From a bacterium (GTDB lineage Bacteria > UBA8248): a stretch of 64,000 nt of DNA. Location of the stretch: contig OZ253442.1 in assembly GCA_965261085.1 (NCBI GenBank), positions 448,001-512,000 of the forward strand, read 5' to 3'. Positions 22,558 to 32,585 of the stretch are shown one piece after another (position 1 is the stretch's first letter; the number at the start of each line of letters is the position of its first letter). The translations under genes and the position numbers were made by a program. Below the pieces are notes generated by a model. It ran no database searches, was not told the DNA's origin, and saw only the letters and a program-made list of their open reading frames with translations.

Positions 22558-23775
22558 TCATCCGCCTGCAATCGGCGGCGCGCCCGATGCCCACTTTCCA
22601 CCGATCATCACGGCGAGCGGTTTCAGAGAGTCGGGATCGAGAACACAAAAATCCGCGCGCAGGCCCGGAGCGAGACGGCCTTGCCCGGATTCCAGGCCAA
22701 GGACGCGCGCGGGGTTTCGCGTGGCCGTCGCCAGGGCGCAGGCGGTGTCGAGCCCACTCCACTCCCGAAGCCGGGGAAGCATTTGTGAGAGCGCGAGACG
22801 GCTGCCGCTCAATACGCCCTCGCGCATCAGCGCGTCACCCGGCATCTCGCCGCTCGTCCCCTCCTCGTCGCCTTGGGGCCTTAACCCTCCCTCGGCCACC
22901 AGGTCCGAGGTGAGGACCGTCCGCTCCCAGCCCCTCGCGCGAACGAACGACGCGAGCGGACGCGGGGCCACGTGCACGCCGTCCGCTATCAGGCCGGCGG
23001 AGAGCCTCGCGTCGTTTAGCACGAAATCCATGGGCGAGGCCCCCCTGTGCGCGGGAGTCTCCGGATGCCCGTAGCGATTAAACGCATGAACCGCGAACGC
23101 ACCGCCCGCCTCCAGAAACGCCTCCACGCAAGCGGCCTTACCTCGAGTGTGTCCCATCGCGGGGACGACGCCCTTCCCCACCAGCCAACGGGTGAATTCC
23201 GCGGCGCCCGCCACCTCAGGCGACAGGGTGACCATGGCCAACCCCGGCGCACCGCCCACGCCCAAGCCCCCGGCGGCCCGGGCGATCACCTCGACCTCTT
23301 CTTTCGAGGGCGTGCGGATATGCTCTCCTGGATGCGCCCCCCTCATACGCGGCTCCAGATAAGGGCCCTCCAGATGAACGCCCAGTATTCGCGCCTCGGC
23401 GCCGCCTTCTTTTTCCTGAAGCGCCCATGCCTCGCTCACCGCGCGGGCCGCGCGAATCAACTCATCCCGGGGAGCCGTGGTGAGGGTGGGCAAAAAAGCG
23501 GTCGTCCCGCGCTCCGCCAACTCCCGGGCGATTCGCCGCACACCGGCGACGTCGGACGTCAAGAGCGCATCCCCGCCCAGTCCGTTGACCTGAAGATCCA
23601 CGAAACCGGGACACGCCAGCGCGCCCTTTAGGTCGAGCACGCGCGCTCCAGGAGACAAAGGCCGCGCGCCGCGCGGTCCCACATACGAAAAAACGCCCTC
23701 CTCGATAACGAGGAGGGCGTCGGCTATCTTCTCAAGCGGCGTATACGCCGTCACACCCACGAGGAACAGGGCCAT
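22558..23775 (-). CDS. nagA: N-acetylglucosamine-6-phosphate deacetylase
   Basis: PGFVDLQVNG, GTTAFLPT, HLEGPY, GAH, MVTLSPE, HAFN, IADGVHV. Confidence 0.93.
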   Translation of the reverse strand: MALFLVGVTAYTPLEKIADALLVIEEGVFSYVGPRGARPLSPGARVLDLKGALACPGFVDLQVNGLGGDALLTSDVAGVRRIARELAERGTTAFLPTLTTAPRDELIRAARAVSEAWALQEKEGGAEARILGVHLEGPYLEPRMRGAHPGEHIRTPSKEEVEVIARAAGGLGVGGAPGLAMVTLSPEVAGAAEFTRWLVGKGVVPAMGHTRGKAACVEAFLEAGGAFAVHAFNRYGHPETPAHRGASPMDFVLNDARLSAGLIADGVHVAPRPLASFVRARGWERTVLTSDLVAEGGLRPQGDEEGTSGEMPGDALMREGVLSGSRLALSQMLPRLREWSGLDTACALATATRNPARVLGLESGQGRLAPGLRADFCVLDPDSLKPLAVMIGGKWASGAPPIAGG

Positions 23776-23784
23776 GACGCGGGT

Positions 23785-24423
23785 CTACTTCTTCTTCTTT
23801 GCGCTTTTTTTCAGTTCCGCGCGCACTTTCGCGTTCGCGTCGATGAGCGACTCGACGTTCCCTTTCGCTACCTCATACAGGGAGGATTGCACCCGTTCGA
23901 GTATCAGGCGGCCCGCCAGGGTAGTGACGCCCGGAACTTTAGGGGGCGCCTCCTTGCCGCTCGAGCCTTTTGTAATCTCCTCGATGTCCTTGAGGATATC
24001 CTGATCGTCGTAGAGTTCATTCTCTTCATACTGATAGGTGAGCTTCACGTAATCTCTTTCTTTCCTCTCCTGGTCGCGCGTTTCGCGGACGATGTTCTCC
24101 ATGTCGGCGGAAACGGGTTTTTTCACCGAGCCGCTGCGCTTCTCGATCTGCTTGAAATACTTGGAATGATCGTAAGACTCGGGCAGTTCCTCGCCCGGTA
24201 TCTTCGAGCTGATCTCGAAGCGAATCGCCTTGTCGGCATCCACGAATTTCGGCGGGCCGATTTCGTAGGTGATGCCCTCGACGTTGAACCGATCGCCCTT
24301 CTTGGGCTCGAATTTCTTCTGTAAGTCTTTCGTTAAACGATTGAGCGTAACAGAAGCGGTTTCCATAAAAAGCTGCGATTGAAGTGAAGACATTTTCTCG
24401 ATCTCCTCGGCTTCGAAGGACAA
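23785..24423 (-). CDS. Hypothetical Lys/Glu-rich soluble protein
   Basis: Clean 212-aa ORF ending 9 nt before nagA, protein-like composition; no motif recognised; start uncertain. Confidence 0.7.
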   Translation of the reverse strand: MSFEAEEIEKMSSLQSQLFMETASVTLNRLTKDLQKKFEPKKGDRFNVEGITYEIGPPKFVDADKAIRFEISSKIPGEELPESYDHSKYFKQIEKRSGSVKKPVSADMENIVRETRDQERKERDYVKLTYQYEENELYDDQDILKDIEEITKGSSGKEAPPKVPGVTTLAGRLILERVQSSLYEVAKGNVESLIDANAKVRAELKKSAKKKK

Positions 24424-24601
24424 ATCAGAGGATGGAACATGCCCCAGCGCGTCAAACGAGTCAAGCTGCGGAGTGTTTCGATAACCTGTATGACAATACT
24501 GAAAGCATCCGTGTTCCCATCGGAGAAAGAGGCTATATGTGATAGGGTCGCGCTATTCAAGTGCGCTTCACCCCCACATCCTCGAAAAGGAGCGATTTCA
24601 G

Positions 24602-25528
24602 ATGGCCGAGCCGGTCCACATCCGCATCGGGGGCTATTCCCCGCCCGATACCTCCCATAGCCGCGCGATGGTTATCTTCGGGGAGAAGATGGCCGAACGG
24701 CTGGGCGACGGCGTCAAGACGGACATCTTCTGGAACGTGATGGATTTCGGCTACGCCGCGCCCGACCTTCTCGCCATGGTGGAATGCGGGATGCTCGGCA
24801 TGTGTTATTTCTCGACGAGCTATCTCGCCGACAGGGCGCCCGAACTGGAAATCGTCGACCTGCCCTTTTTGTTCGAGGATTCCGCCCACGCCTACGGCGC
24901 GCTCGACGGCGCGCTCGGCGCGCATCTCACCGAACGAATCGAGGCGCAGACGGGTTACAAGAACCTGGGCTTTTGGGACAACGGATTCCGCCATCTCTCG
25001 AACAGCGTCCGCGACGTGAGAACGCCCGAGGATTGCCGGGGCTTGCGGGTCCGCTTACAGCCCAACGAGACGCACGTGAAGACCTTCGAACTCCTCGGGG
25101 CCGAACCGGTGCCGGTGGAACTCAAGGAAGGAATCGCCATGATCGAATCAGGCGAGGTGAATGCGCAGGAAAACCCGCTTTCCAACACCGTGACCTACGG
25201 CGTCACGAACCACCAAAGGCGCATCACGATGAGTGGTCATTTCTACGGGGCGCGCGCCCTGCTCGCCCACCGGGAGAGTTTCGACGCCTGGCCCGCGCAG
25301 GTACAGGAGGCGGCGCGCGCGTGCATTCGCGAGGCCATCGACCACCAGAGAAAGGCCGCCCAGGTGGGGGAGATCGCGATTCGCAGGCGCCTTGAAGAAG
25401 AAGGCGTCTCCTTCGTGGACCTGACCGATGAGGAGCGCGCGTCGTTCACGGACGCGACGGAACCTATCCGCACCGAAGCCAGGGAAAGGCTCGGGGACGC
25501 GTTGTTCGATCTGGCGATGAGAAAATAG
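24602..25528 (+). CDS. TRAP transporter substrate-binding protein (DctP family)
   Basis: DLPFLF, WDNGFRH, TPEDCRGLRVR, LGAEPVP, AQENP. Confidence 0.9.
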   Translation: MAEPVHIRIGGYSPPDTSHSRAMVIFGEKMAERLGDGVKTDIFWNVMDFGYAAPDLLAMVECGMLGMCYFSTSYLADRAPELEIVDLPFLFEDSAHAYGALDGALGAHLTERIEAQTGYKNLGFWDNGFRHLSNSVRDVRTPEDCRGLRVRLQPNETHVKTFELLGAEPVPVELKEGIAMIESGEVNAQENPLSNTVTYGVTNHQRRITMSGHFYGARALLAHRESFDAWPAQVQEAARACIREAIDHQRKAAQVGEIAIRRRLEEEGVSFVDLTDEERASFTDATEPIRTEARERLGDALFDLAMRK

Positions 25529-25651
25529 GAAAAGCGCGGTGCGGCTGAGCCGCGCCCGGTACTCCTCGCCATCGCGCCCTCACTCCGGTTAAAATCTATC
25601 CCCGTACAGCGCGAATCGAGAACAGGTTCTTCATAGAAGGCGCGAAAAACC

Positions 25652-26641
25652 TTGCGTGTATTCTACATCGCCGCATGTCTGGCCGGCATCGCCGTTATCG
25701 GCACGATCGGCTATACCCTGATTGAGGAATGGGACGTCGTCGATTCTTTCTACATGACGATAATCACCCTCACGACGGTGGGCTACGGCGAGGTGCGCGA
25801 GCTGAGCCTGGCGGGACGCATGTTCACCGTAGCGCTCTTGCTCGTAGGCGTGGGCATGGTGTTCTACGGCGCAGCGACCATCGCCGAGGCGAGGTTCGAA
25901 GAGCGGATACGTCAGATTTTCGGGAGGCGAAAACTGGTGAAAGAACTCGATAAACTCGAAAACCATCACATTATCTGCGGGTATGGGCGCATCGGCTCCA
26001 CCGTCGCGGGAGAATACGCCAGAGAGTCGATGCCCCACGTCATTATCGAGAGCGACGAGTCCATCGCCTCGCATCTCGATCAGGAGGGGAAACTCGTTAT
26101 CCTCGGTGACGCCACGCTCGATGAAACCCTCATCGAGGCGCAAGTGGAGAAGGCCAGGAGCCTCGTCTGCGCCCTGCCCACGGACGCGGAAAACGTGTTC
26201 GTCACCCTCACGGCGCGGGCGCTCAACCCCAATCTCTTCATCCTGAGCCGCGCCGCTCGTGAGAGTTCCATCGGCAAGATGGAGGCGGCGGGCGCGAACC
26301 GCGTGGTCTCGCCCTACATCATGGGCGGCATGCGCATTGCGCAGTCCGTCCTGAGGCCCAAGCTCGCCGGTTTTATCGACGAGGTGATCGGCCACGCGAC
26401 GACGGACTTAGACTTCGACGAGGTGACCGTGCCCGAAGGTTCGAACCTGGTCGGCATGGCGCTCAGGGAATCGAAGATCAGCCAGGAGACAGGCGTGTAC
26501 CTGCTATCCATCCGCCACAGCAGCGGGGAAATGCGCTTCAACCCGGGGGCCGATTTTCAGATCCAGGCGGGAGACCACCTCTACGCCCTGGGCACGCCCG
26601 AGGAGGTGGAATCCCTGCGCAGGCGCGTTCACGCGAAGTAG
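25652..26641 (+). CDS. Potassium channel with RCK (TrkA-N/TrkA-C) domains
   Basis: TTVGYGE selectivity filter, ICGYGRIG, GDAT, VVSPY. Confidence 0.93.
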   Translation: MRVFYIAACLAGIAVIGTIGYTLIEEWDVVDSFYMTIITLTTVGYGEVRELSLAGRMFTVALLLVGVGMVFYGAATIAEARFEERIRQIFGRRKLVKELDKLENHHIICGYGRIGSTVAGEYARESMPHVIIESDESIASHLDQEGKLVILGDATLDETLIEAQVEKARSLVCALPTDAENVFVTLTARALNPNLFILSRAARESSIGKMEAAGANRVVSPYIMGGMRIAQSVLRPKLAGFIDEVIGHATTDLDFDEVTVPEGSNLVGMALRESKISQETGVYLLSIRHSSGEMRFNPGADFQIQAGDHLYALGTPEEVESLRRRVHAK

Positions 26642-26653
26642 CAACCGCCCCCA

Positions 26654-27388
26654 CTACCCGAGGGCGTTCAGCTTCAACCCCTCCGCCAGACGCAGGAGTT
26701 TGGCTGCGGTCTCGGTTCCCGGAGCTGCGCGCGCGATAATCTCATCCACCCCCGCAAGGTGGGGAATCACGCCCAAAAGTGGAGCCTCCTCCCCACAAAG
26801 CGCGGCGATGGCCGCCGGATTTCGCTCCGCCGCCGGCGTGGCCTCCCCCGTCGTGTCGGATAAGATGACGCCCAGGATTTGAAGTCCCTGCCTCCCGGCT
26901 TCGCGCACGCTCAAAAGAGTGTGGTTGATGCTCCCGAGCCCCAGCGGGGCGACGAGCACAAGGGGCAGATTCGCGCGGCGCGCCAAATCGCTCATCAAGA
27001 CGCCTTCGGCCAAAGGGGCCAGAAGACCACCCGCTCCCTCCACGAGCAGGGGCCTCCCTTCTTCTCGGAGCGCTTCTATCGAACCTGCGATGCTTTCTAA
27101 ATCGGGCGCCCCGCCCTCGCGCTCCGCCGCGTGAGCGGGCGTCAAGGGAATTTCGTATCGGTAGGGGCAAATCTCATGCACATCCCGTGGGTCGCCCGAG
27201 GCCGTCTTGAGGGCCAGAGCGTCGCGGGGAACGAGGCGACCGCCCTCGAGCGCACAGCCCGATTCGGCCGGCTTGATGACCCTGGGGCTTCGGCCCTGCG
27301 CCGCCCAGTGAGCCGCGATAATACAGCCCGCCACCGTCTTTCCCACGCCGGTTCCCGTTCCGGTCAAAAAAATGGCAATATCGGACAT
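26654..27388 (-). CDS. bioD: Dethiobiotin synthetase
   Basis: TGTGTGVGKT, KPAESG, LVEGAGGL, LGSINHTLL. Confidence 0.95.
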   Translation of the reverse strand: MSDIAIFLTGTGTGVGKTVAGCIIAAHWAAQGRSPRVIKPAESGCALEGGRLVPRDALALKTASGDPRDVHEICPYRYEIPLTPAHAAEREGGAPDLESIAGSIEALREEGRPLLVEGAGGLLAPLAEGVLMSDLARRANLPLVLVAPLGLGSINHTLLSVREAGRQGLQILGVILSDTTGEATPAAERNPAAIAALCGEEAPLLGVIPHLAGVDEIIARAAPGTETAAKLLRLAEGLKLNALG

Positions 27389-27414
27389 TGGGGGAACCTC
27401 ATGAGGAGCAATAA

Positions 27415-27645
27415 GTGACGCACGCCAAAACCATCGACCTCACGGGCGAAACCTGCCCCATGAACTGGGTGCGAACGAAACTCACGCTCGAGTCGATGGC
27501 GCCGGGCGATACGCTCGAAGTATGGCTCGACCCGGGCGAACCCGCCACCAGCGTCCCCAAAAGCGCCGCCGCCGAAGGCCACGCCATACAGAGCGCGACG
27601 CCCGAGCCGGAGGGCCGCGTCCGCGTCGTCATAAGGAAGGGGTGA
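27415..27645 (+). CDS. TusA/SirA family sulfur carrier
   Basis: IDLTGETCPMNWVRTK, GDTLEVWLD. Confidence 0.9.
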   Translation: MTHAKTIDLTGETCPMNWVRTKLTLESMAPGDTLEVWLDPGEPATSVPKSAAAEGHAIQSATPEPEGRVRVVIRKG

Positions 27646-27767
27646 CCTAATACCCCACATTCAAGCACTTTTCTGCTTATTTCTGGACCGACCGCTGCAT
27701 TTCTGCTGTTGACTTAATAACAACATTCCTTCATCTTCGAGGAGGATAAAACAAAAGGGGGCGAATC

Positions 27768-28256
27768 ATGAAATGCAGAGAATGCGGACAAGACTACATG
27801 GAATCAACGGGAGACTACCATTTCAAGTCATCCGGACTGGATAACGCATACATCCAGGATGCGAATCTCATTAACTGCGGATGCGGCGTCGGGCTGAAAA
27901 TCAGGGGTATGGGTTCCGTGCTGGATGAACTCGGGAACGCCGTCATAAACAAGCCGGGGCCCCTCAATGGGCCGGAAATTCGCTACTTGAGAAAAAATGC
28001 AGGTTTGAGCGCCCGGGAGTTCGCCAGAATGCTGGAGGTGAACCACACCACGCTCTCCAAATGGGAAAACGGAAGAGCGCCCGGGCGACCGAACGACCTG
28101 TTGATTCGCCTCGTCTATGCGGCATGGAAAGGGTACGAACACCCGAAACGGATTTTCGATATTTTCGAAAAAGTGCGCAAACAGAGAAAACGGAACTTCG
28201 ACATCAAACTCATTCCCGCCGCCAGGGAGGGTTTCGAGGTCGAATACGCCGTATAG
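27768..28256 (+). CDS. MqsA-like antitoxin: N-terminal Zn ribbon + Cro/XRE HTH
   Basis: MKCRECG...CGC, then EIRYLRKNAGLSAREFARMLEVNHTTLSKWENG. Confidence 0.8.
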   Translation: MKCRECGQDYMESTGDYHFKSSGLDNAYIQDANLINCGCGVGLKIRGMGSVLDELGNAVINKPGPLNGPEIRYLRKNAGLSAREFARMLEVNHTTLSKWENGRAPGRPNDLLIRLVYAAWKGYEHPKRIFDIFEKVRKQRKRNFDIKLIPAAREGFEVEYAV

Positions 28257-28386
28257 GTAATCGCTTCCATATATTTGAAGGCGTCCCTTTTCCCCGCTCA
28301 TGGAATAGTGGGCGTCGCCACCAACCAAGCCAAAACGACTACTGAACAAGCAAGCAGGTCGATTCAACACATCTACGCCAAATAGT

Positions 28387-28460
28387 GTGTCAAACAACGT
28401 GTCAAATAGCGTGTCAAATAATGTTAAATATGATTTGATTTTATCAGATATAATTTGACA
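28387..28460. repeat. Iterated GTGTCAAA direct repeats (12-bp period) plus one inverted copy, putative operator upstream of fic
   Basis: GTGTCAAA at 28387, 28399 and 28411; TGTTAAA at 28422; TTTGACA at 28454-28460. Confidence 0.7.
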
Positions 28461-28540
28461 ATCATATTATATTCATATATTTAGTAATTAGTATTTGCTG
28501 TTAAATTGCGTGCCAAATAAATCGCCAAATAGGAGGTAAA

Positions 28541-29731
28541 ATGGATTGGGTGAAATTTGATTTCGAATATCGTTACGAAAATTCGGACCTTAGAAATACG
28601 ATCGTCTCCATAGAAGCGTCCAAAGAAGCGGCCATGAGTCTCGTTCTACCACCTGATTGGAGAGAGACGCTGAACAAACTGAACCGCGTTCGCGCGATTC
28701 ATGGCACCACGGCCATTGAAGGAAATCCCCTTTCAGAAGCCGAAGTTTCACGACAAATCGAGATTCAAGAACAATCCGTCCATCATCCGGATACAACGAC
28801 ACTTAGCAAGGAACAAATTCAGATCAGAAACGCCGGGGACGCGCAAGCGTGGATTCAAGATAGGTTCAAACCCAGCAGCGGCCCTTTCACCTTCTCTGAC
28901 ATTTTGAAAATGCACAAAATGATTACCGAGAATGCGGACATGACCGACAATATGCCCGGAAACCTGAGAGCTTTTTCGGTTACCGTCGGAAGCCCATCTC
29001 TGGGAGGCGTTCACCGGGGGGCGCCACATGAGCAATTACCAGGCTTGATGAGCAAATACATCGAATTCTTGATATCCCGCCAAATGGAGGCGGAACACCC
29101 CGCCATTCGGGCATTGCTGGCGCATTTTTTCCTGGTGACAATCCACCCGTTCGGCGATGGGAACGGCAGAACCTCGCGTCTGGTGGAGGCAGGGATATTA
29201 TTTCAGGGGGGGTATAACGTACACGGGTTCTATGGGCTGTCGAATTATTTCTATCGCCACGACGATGAATACAAGAGGTTGCTTCAAAAGTGCAGAGAAA
29301 AACAGCCCTTCGACGTTACCCCGTTTATTGCTTTCGGCTTGCAGGGATTCATGGAGGAGTTGAGGGGAATCAACAATTTCATCAAGACGAAGCTGAATCG
29401 AGTCATCTATCGAAACATGCTGGTTCAGGCGCGCAACAAGAAGATATCCGAAAGGAGATATCTGATTAACGACAGGGAATACAATCTTCTTGATTTTTTA
29501 ATCACAGAAACCGAACCCGTCGATCCGTTTTCCGAGCAACCCTCGAAGATGATCGGTATACAGGAGTTGTTCGAATCCCCATACATTCGAGGAGCATACA
29601 GAAACGTAACTACTAGAACTCTCGTAAGAGAGCTAACGCGACTGGCGCAGTCCGGTTTCATTAAATTCTCGGACACACCATCCAATGGATGGGTTATCGA
29701 ACTGGACTTCGACGCCATCGGGAAATACTAA
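28541..29731 (+). CDS. Fic family protein with C-terminal HTH-like extension
   Basis: HPFGDGNGRTSR catalytic motif, TTAIEGN inhibitory helix, TRTLVRELTRL at the C-terminus; AGGAGG RBS. Confidence 0.93.
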   Translation: MDWVKFDFEYRYENSDLRNTIVSIEASKEAAMSLVLPPDWRETLNKLNRVRAIHGTTAIEGNPLSEAEVSRQIEIQEQSVHHPDTTTLSKEQIQIRNAGDAQAWIQDRFKPSSGPFTFSDILKMHKMITENADMTDNMPGNLRAFSVTVGSPSLGGVHRGAPHEQLPGLMSKYIEFLISRQMEAEHPAIRALLAHFFLVTIHPFGDGNGRTSRLVEAGILFQGGYNVHGFYGLSNYFYRHDDEYKRLLQKCREKQPFDVTPFIAFGLQGFMEELRGINNFIKTKLNRVIYRNMLVQARNKKISERRYLINDREYNLLDFLITETEPVDPFSEQPSKMIGIQELFESPYIRGAYRNVTTRTLVRELTRLAQSGFIKFSDTPSNGWVIELDFDAIGKY

Positions 29732-29732
29732 A

Positions 29733-30449
29733 TTGACTTTCCTATCCGACCCGCAGATTTGGGCGGCGCTCTTCACGCTCACGGCGCTGGAAGTGGTGCT
29801 CAGCATCGACAACGTGATCTTCATCTCCATCGTCTCGGCGCGCCTGCCCGAAGCGGAAGCCTCGCGCGCGCGAAGGCTGGGTCTCATCGGCGCGCTGGCG
29901 ATGCGGGTGTGCCTTCTTCTCAGTATCGTCTGGCTGGCGCAACTCAGAACGCCCGCCTTTCATCTATTCGGCCTGGGGGTCACCTGGCGGGACTTGATCT
30001 TCCTGGGCGGCGGGCTGTTTCTACTCGCCAAGGGAACGTATGAAATTCACCATACCATCGAGGGAGAAGAAGACGCGCGGGATTCGGGGGCCAAAAGTTT
30101 CGCCTCCGTCATCGCGCAGATCATGGTGCTGGACCTCGTCTTCTCGCTCGATTCCATCATCACCGCCGTGGGAATGACGGACAATATTCCCGTGATGATA
30201 TGCGCCATCATCATCGCCATCGCCATCATGCTGGGGGCGGCGAATTCGGTGAGCGCCTTCATCGAGCGGCACCCGACCTCGAAGATGCTGGCGCTTTGTT
30301 TTTTGCTGCTCGTGGGCGTCGCGCTCATCGCCGATGGGCTGCACTTCCACATACCGAGGGGGTATCTCTATTTCGCGATCTGCTTCTCCATCCTGGTGGA
30401 AAGCCTGAACCTCTGGGTGAAAGCAAGACGCAAAACCACGAAGGCGTAG
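29733..30449 (+). CDS. TerC family membrane protein
   Basis: LTALEVVLSIDNVIFISI, GGLFLLAK, DLVFSLDSIITAVGM; probable TTG start. Confidence 0.92.
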   Translation: MTFLSDPQIWAALFTLTALEVVLSIDNVIFISIVSARLPEAEASRARRLGLIGALAMRVCLLLSIVWLAQLRTPAFHLFGLGVTWRDLIFLGGGLFLLAKGTYEIHHTIEGEEDARDSGAKSFASVIAQIMVLDLVFSLDSIITAVGMTDNIPVMICAIIIAIAIMLGAANSVSAFIERHPTSKMLALCFLLLVGVALIADGLHFHIPRGYLYFAICFSILVESLNLWVKARRKTTKA

Positions 30450-30489
30450 ACGGGAGGGGTTGCCCGCTCGCGGCTTTATGTTCCTCTAT

Positions 30490-30969
30490 TTACGGCAGCG
30501 GCTCGTCCCTGAGCCAGCGGGCGAGGGCCTTTTCGGGGTCTGCTATCTCATCGAGCGAGGTGTAGAAGTAAGCCTCCCAGCCGACCTCGGGCAGGCCGGT
30601 GAAGATCATGAGGTTCAGCGGATAGCTCTCACAATCGGTGCAGCGCCTGAAATCATCGCGAAACAAGAAGACGGGCTTTCCCCAGGCGACGGCCATGCCG
30701 AGTTCCACCATCACGCCCTCATCCGGCGGGCAGCCGTTCACCACGCCGAAAAAACCCGCCGACTCGCGCACGTCGCGCATGTCATCCTGGCCCACGCGGT
30801 ACGCCCAGCCGGGACTCGCGAGCCGCTCGGGCTGGTTGTTGCGGGTAAACGGCTCCCACACCTCCGCGCCTACGGCCTCAAGCGCCGCCACCAAGGCGGG
30901 CAGAGGCCCCTCACGCTGTTGTAGGGAAAAGCCGTAAGGACTGGCCAGATACAGGGTCTTCTCCGTCAT
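30490..30969 (-). CDS. Nucleoside 2-deoxyribosyltransferase-like protein
   Basis: YLASP, PDEGVMVELGMAVAWGKP. Confidence 0.85.
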   Translation of the reverse strand: MTEKTLYLASPYGFSLQQREGPLPALVAALEAVGAEVWEPFTRNNQPERLASPGWAYRVGQDDMRDVRESAGFFGVVNGCPPDEGVMVELGMAVAWGKPVFLFRDDFRRCTDCESYPLNLMIFTGLPEVGWEAYFYTSLDEIADPEKALARWLRDEPLP

Positions 30970-31129
30970 GCTCACCCCCTCTCCTCTATCATTCACCTCG
31001 CGCCATCAATAAGGGAGCGCGCACCATACTCCCACACGATGAGAAGGGCCGTCCAGCGCAGACCCGGCCACTCCCGAGCCCATCAGTTCACCCACAGCGC
31101 CTCCTTCAAGCGCAAGTGGGCGTTCGGCC

Positions 31130-32284
31130 TCACTTCACGTTCTCGCCGAAGACGGCGAAGGCCAGCCCCGCGCACAGCGCCAGACCCGCGCCGACGTGGA
31201 GCAGCGTCACGAACCCCCAGATCGGGAGCAGCCAGCCCGCCGCGAGCGCGCCGAGCGTGGAGCCGACCCCCCAGGTGGCGGCGCTGTAGAGGGATTGCGC
31301 CGTGTTCTTCGTCGCGGGGCTGCTCAGGCGGTCGACGTACTGAATCGCGCCCGCGTGAAAGACGCCGAAGGCGACGCCGTGTAAAAGCTGGATGAGGATG
31401 AGCAGAAAAGCGTCCGTCGTGAGGGCGACGAACTCCCACCTCAGGCCTGCGGCCATCATGCCGACGGCTATCATCCACTTGAGGCCGAACCTCGTCTGTA
31501 TGGCCTGCGCGTAGATGAGGAAAAATATCTCGCTCACCACGCCCACCGTCCACGCCAGGGCGATCAGGTCCGCCGACATGCCCAACTCTTTAAGCCTGAT
31601 GCTGAAATAAATCCCAAAGGGCCCTGCGGACATCGAGGCGAACGTCGTCGTGAGGAGGAAGACGGCGAGCGGGCTGCTGCGGAGCAAAAGGCTCAGGTCG
31701 GCCCTAAAGCGCGGGCGCGCGCGGCCCGTCTCCTTCGGCAGATGGAAGATCACGAAAATGAGCAGAAGGCCCACGCACGCCACCACCGGAAAGATGGAGG
31801 CGACCTCGGTGGTCTCCACCAGGCGGCCCGCGCCCATGGCCGCGACGATGAAGCCCAGCGAACCCCACAGGCGCACCCGGCCGTATTGCGCGCCCGTGGC
31901 CTCGATCTCGCGCAGGCAAAGATTCTCGGCTATCGGCACGAGGGGGGCTCTCAGGGCGGAGAAGAATGTGATCAACACGAACAGGGCGACAAAACCGCTC
32001 GCCCCCCACAAGAGGAGCGCGAGCAGAGAACTCGCGACGGCGCACGTGAAGGCCACGCTGCGGCCCAGGCGAAACTTGTCCGCAAGAGCTCCGAACAGGG
32101 GCGGAGCGAGCGCGCTCGAGAGGCGGGGCGCCGCGTTCAGCAGGCCGAGCTGAAACCCGCTCACGCCTACGGAATGATAAAAGATGTTCAGGAACGGGAG
32201 CATGGCGCCCACGGCGAAAAAATGCAGAAAATAAAACGCGGGCATCCGCCAGAAGGGGATTGCGCCGGGGGCTTGCGCGCTCAT
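31130..32284 (-). CDS. MFS transporter (MFS_1_like/HcaT type)
   Basis: About 12 TM segments, GALADKF, YGRVRLWGSLGF, QLLHG. Confidence 0.9.
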   Translation of the reverse strand: MSAQAPGAIPFWRMPAFYFLHFFAVGAMLPFLNIFYHSVGVSGFQLGLLNAAPRLSSALAPPLFGALADKFRLGRSVAFTCAVASSLLALLLWGASGFVALFVLITFFSALRAPLVPIAENLCLREIEATGAQYGRVRLWGSLGFIVAAMGAGRLVETTEVASIFPVVACVGLLLIFVIFHLPKETGRARPRFRADLSLLLRSSPLAVFLLTTTFASMSAGPFGIYFSIRLKELGMSADLIALAWTVGVVSEIFFLIYAQAIQTRFGLKWMIAVGMMAAGLRWEFVALTTDAFLLILIQLLHGVAFGVFHAGAIQYVDRLSSPATKNTAQSLYSAATWGVGSTLGALAAGWLLPIWGFVTLLHVGAGLALCAGLAFAVFGENVK

Positions 32285-32585
32285 CGGCGCGCGCGGGGAA
32301 AACGGGGCATCCGGGACCTCTTCACCCGGGCGGGAAAGCCCATTCGACCACGATGTGAAAATGATTTCCACCCGAGCGGCGGCTTCCTTCTTCGGCAGGG
32401 TTTTGCTATCCTCCTCGCCCGATGGGTTGTTTTGTTCCAAACCAAAAAATCGAACGCGGGGCGGACCGGAATTCGGCGTCCGCACCGGCGAATCCGAAAG
32501 CGACGAAAAGCAGGAAAACCCCCATGGGGCGGGGGAAATTCTTCTAACTTCTTCACCTCATGGCAAATCTTGCGGGAGCGAAATC

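Noticed and set aside
24602-25528. Orphan dctP as a novel system
   Set aside because: Stand-alone TRAP binding proteins are frequent, and the membrane subunits may lie elsewhere in the genome.
27415-27660. Sec read-through at other TGA stops (tusA-like gene, cysteine dioxygenase at 56230)
   Set aside because: The stops fall at the natural family C-termini, with no redox motif or SECIS-like hairpin following.
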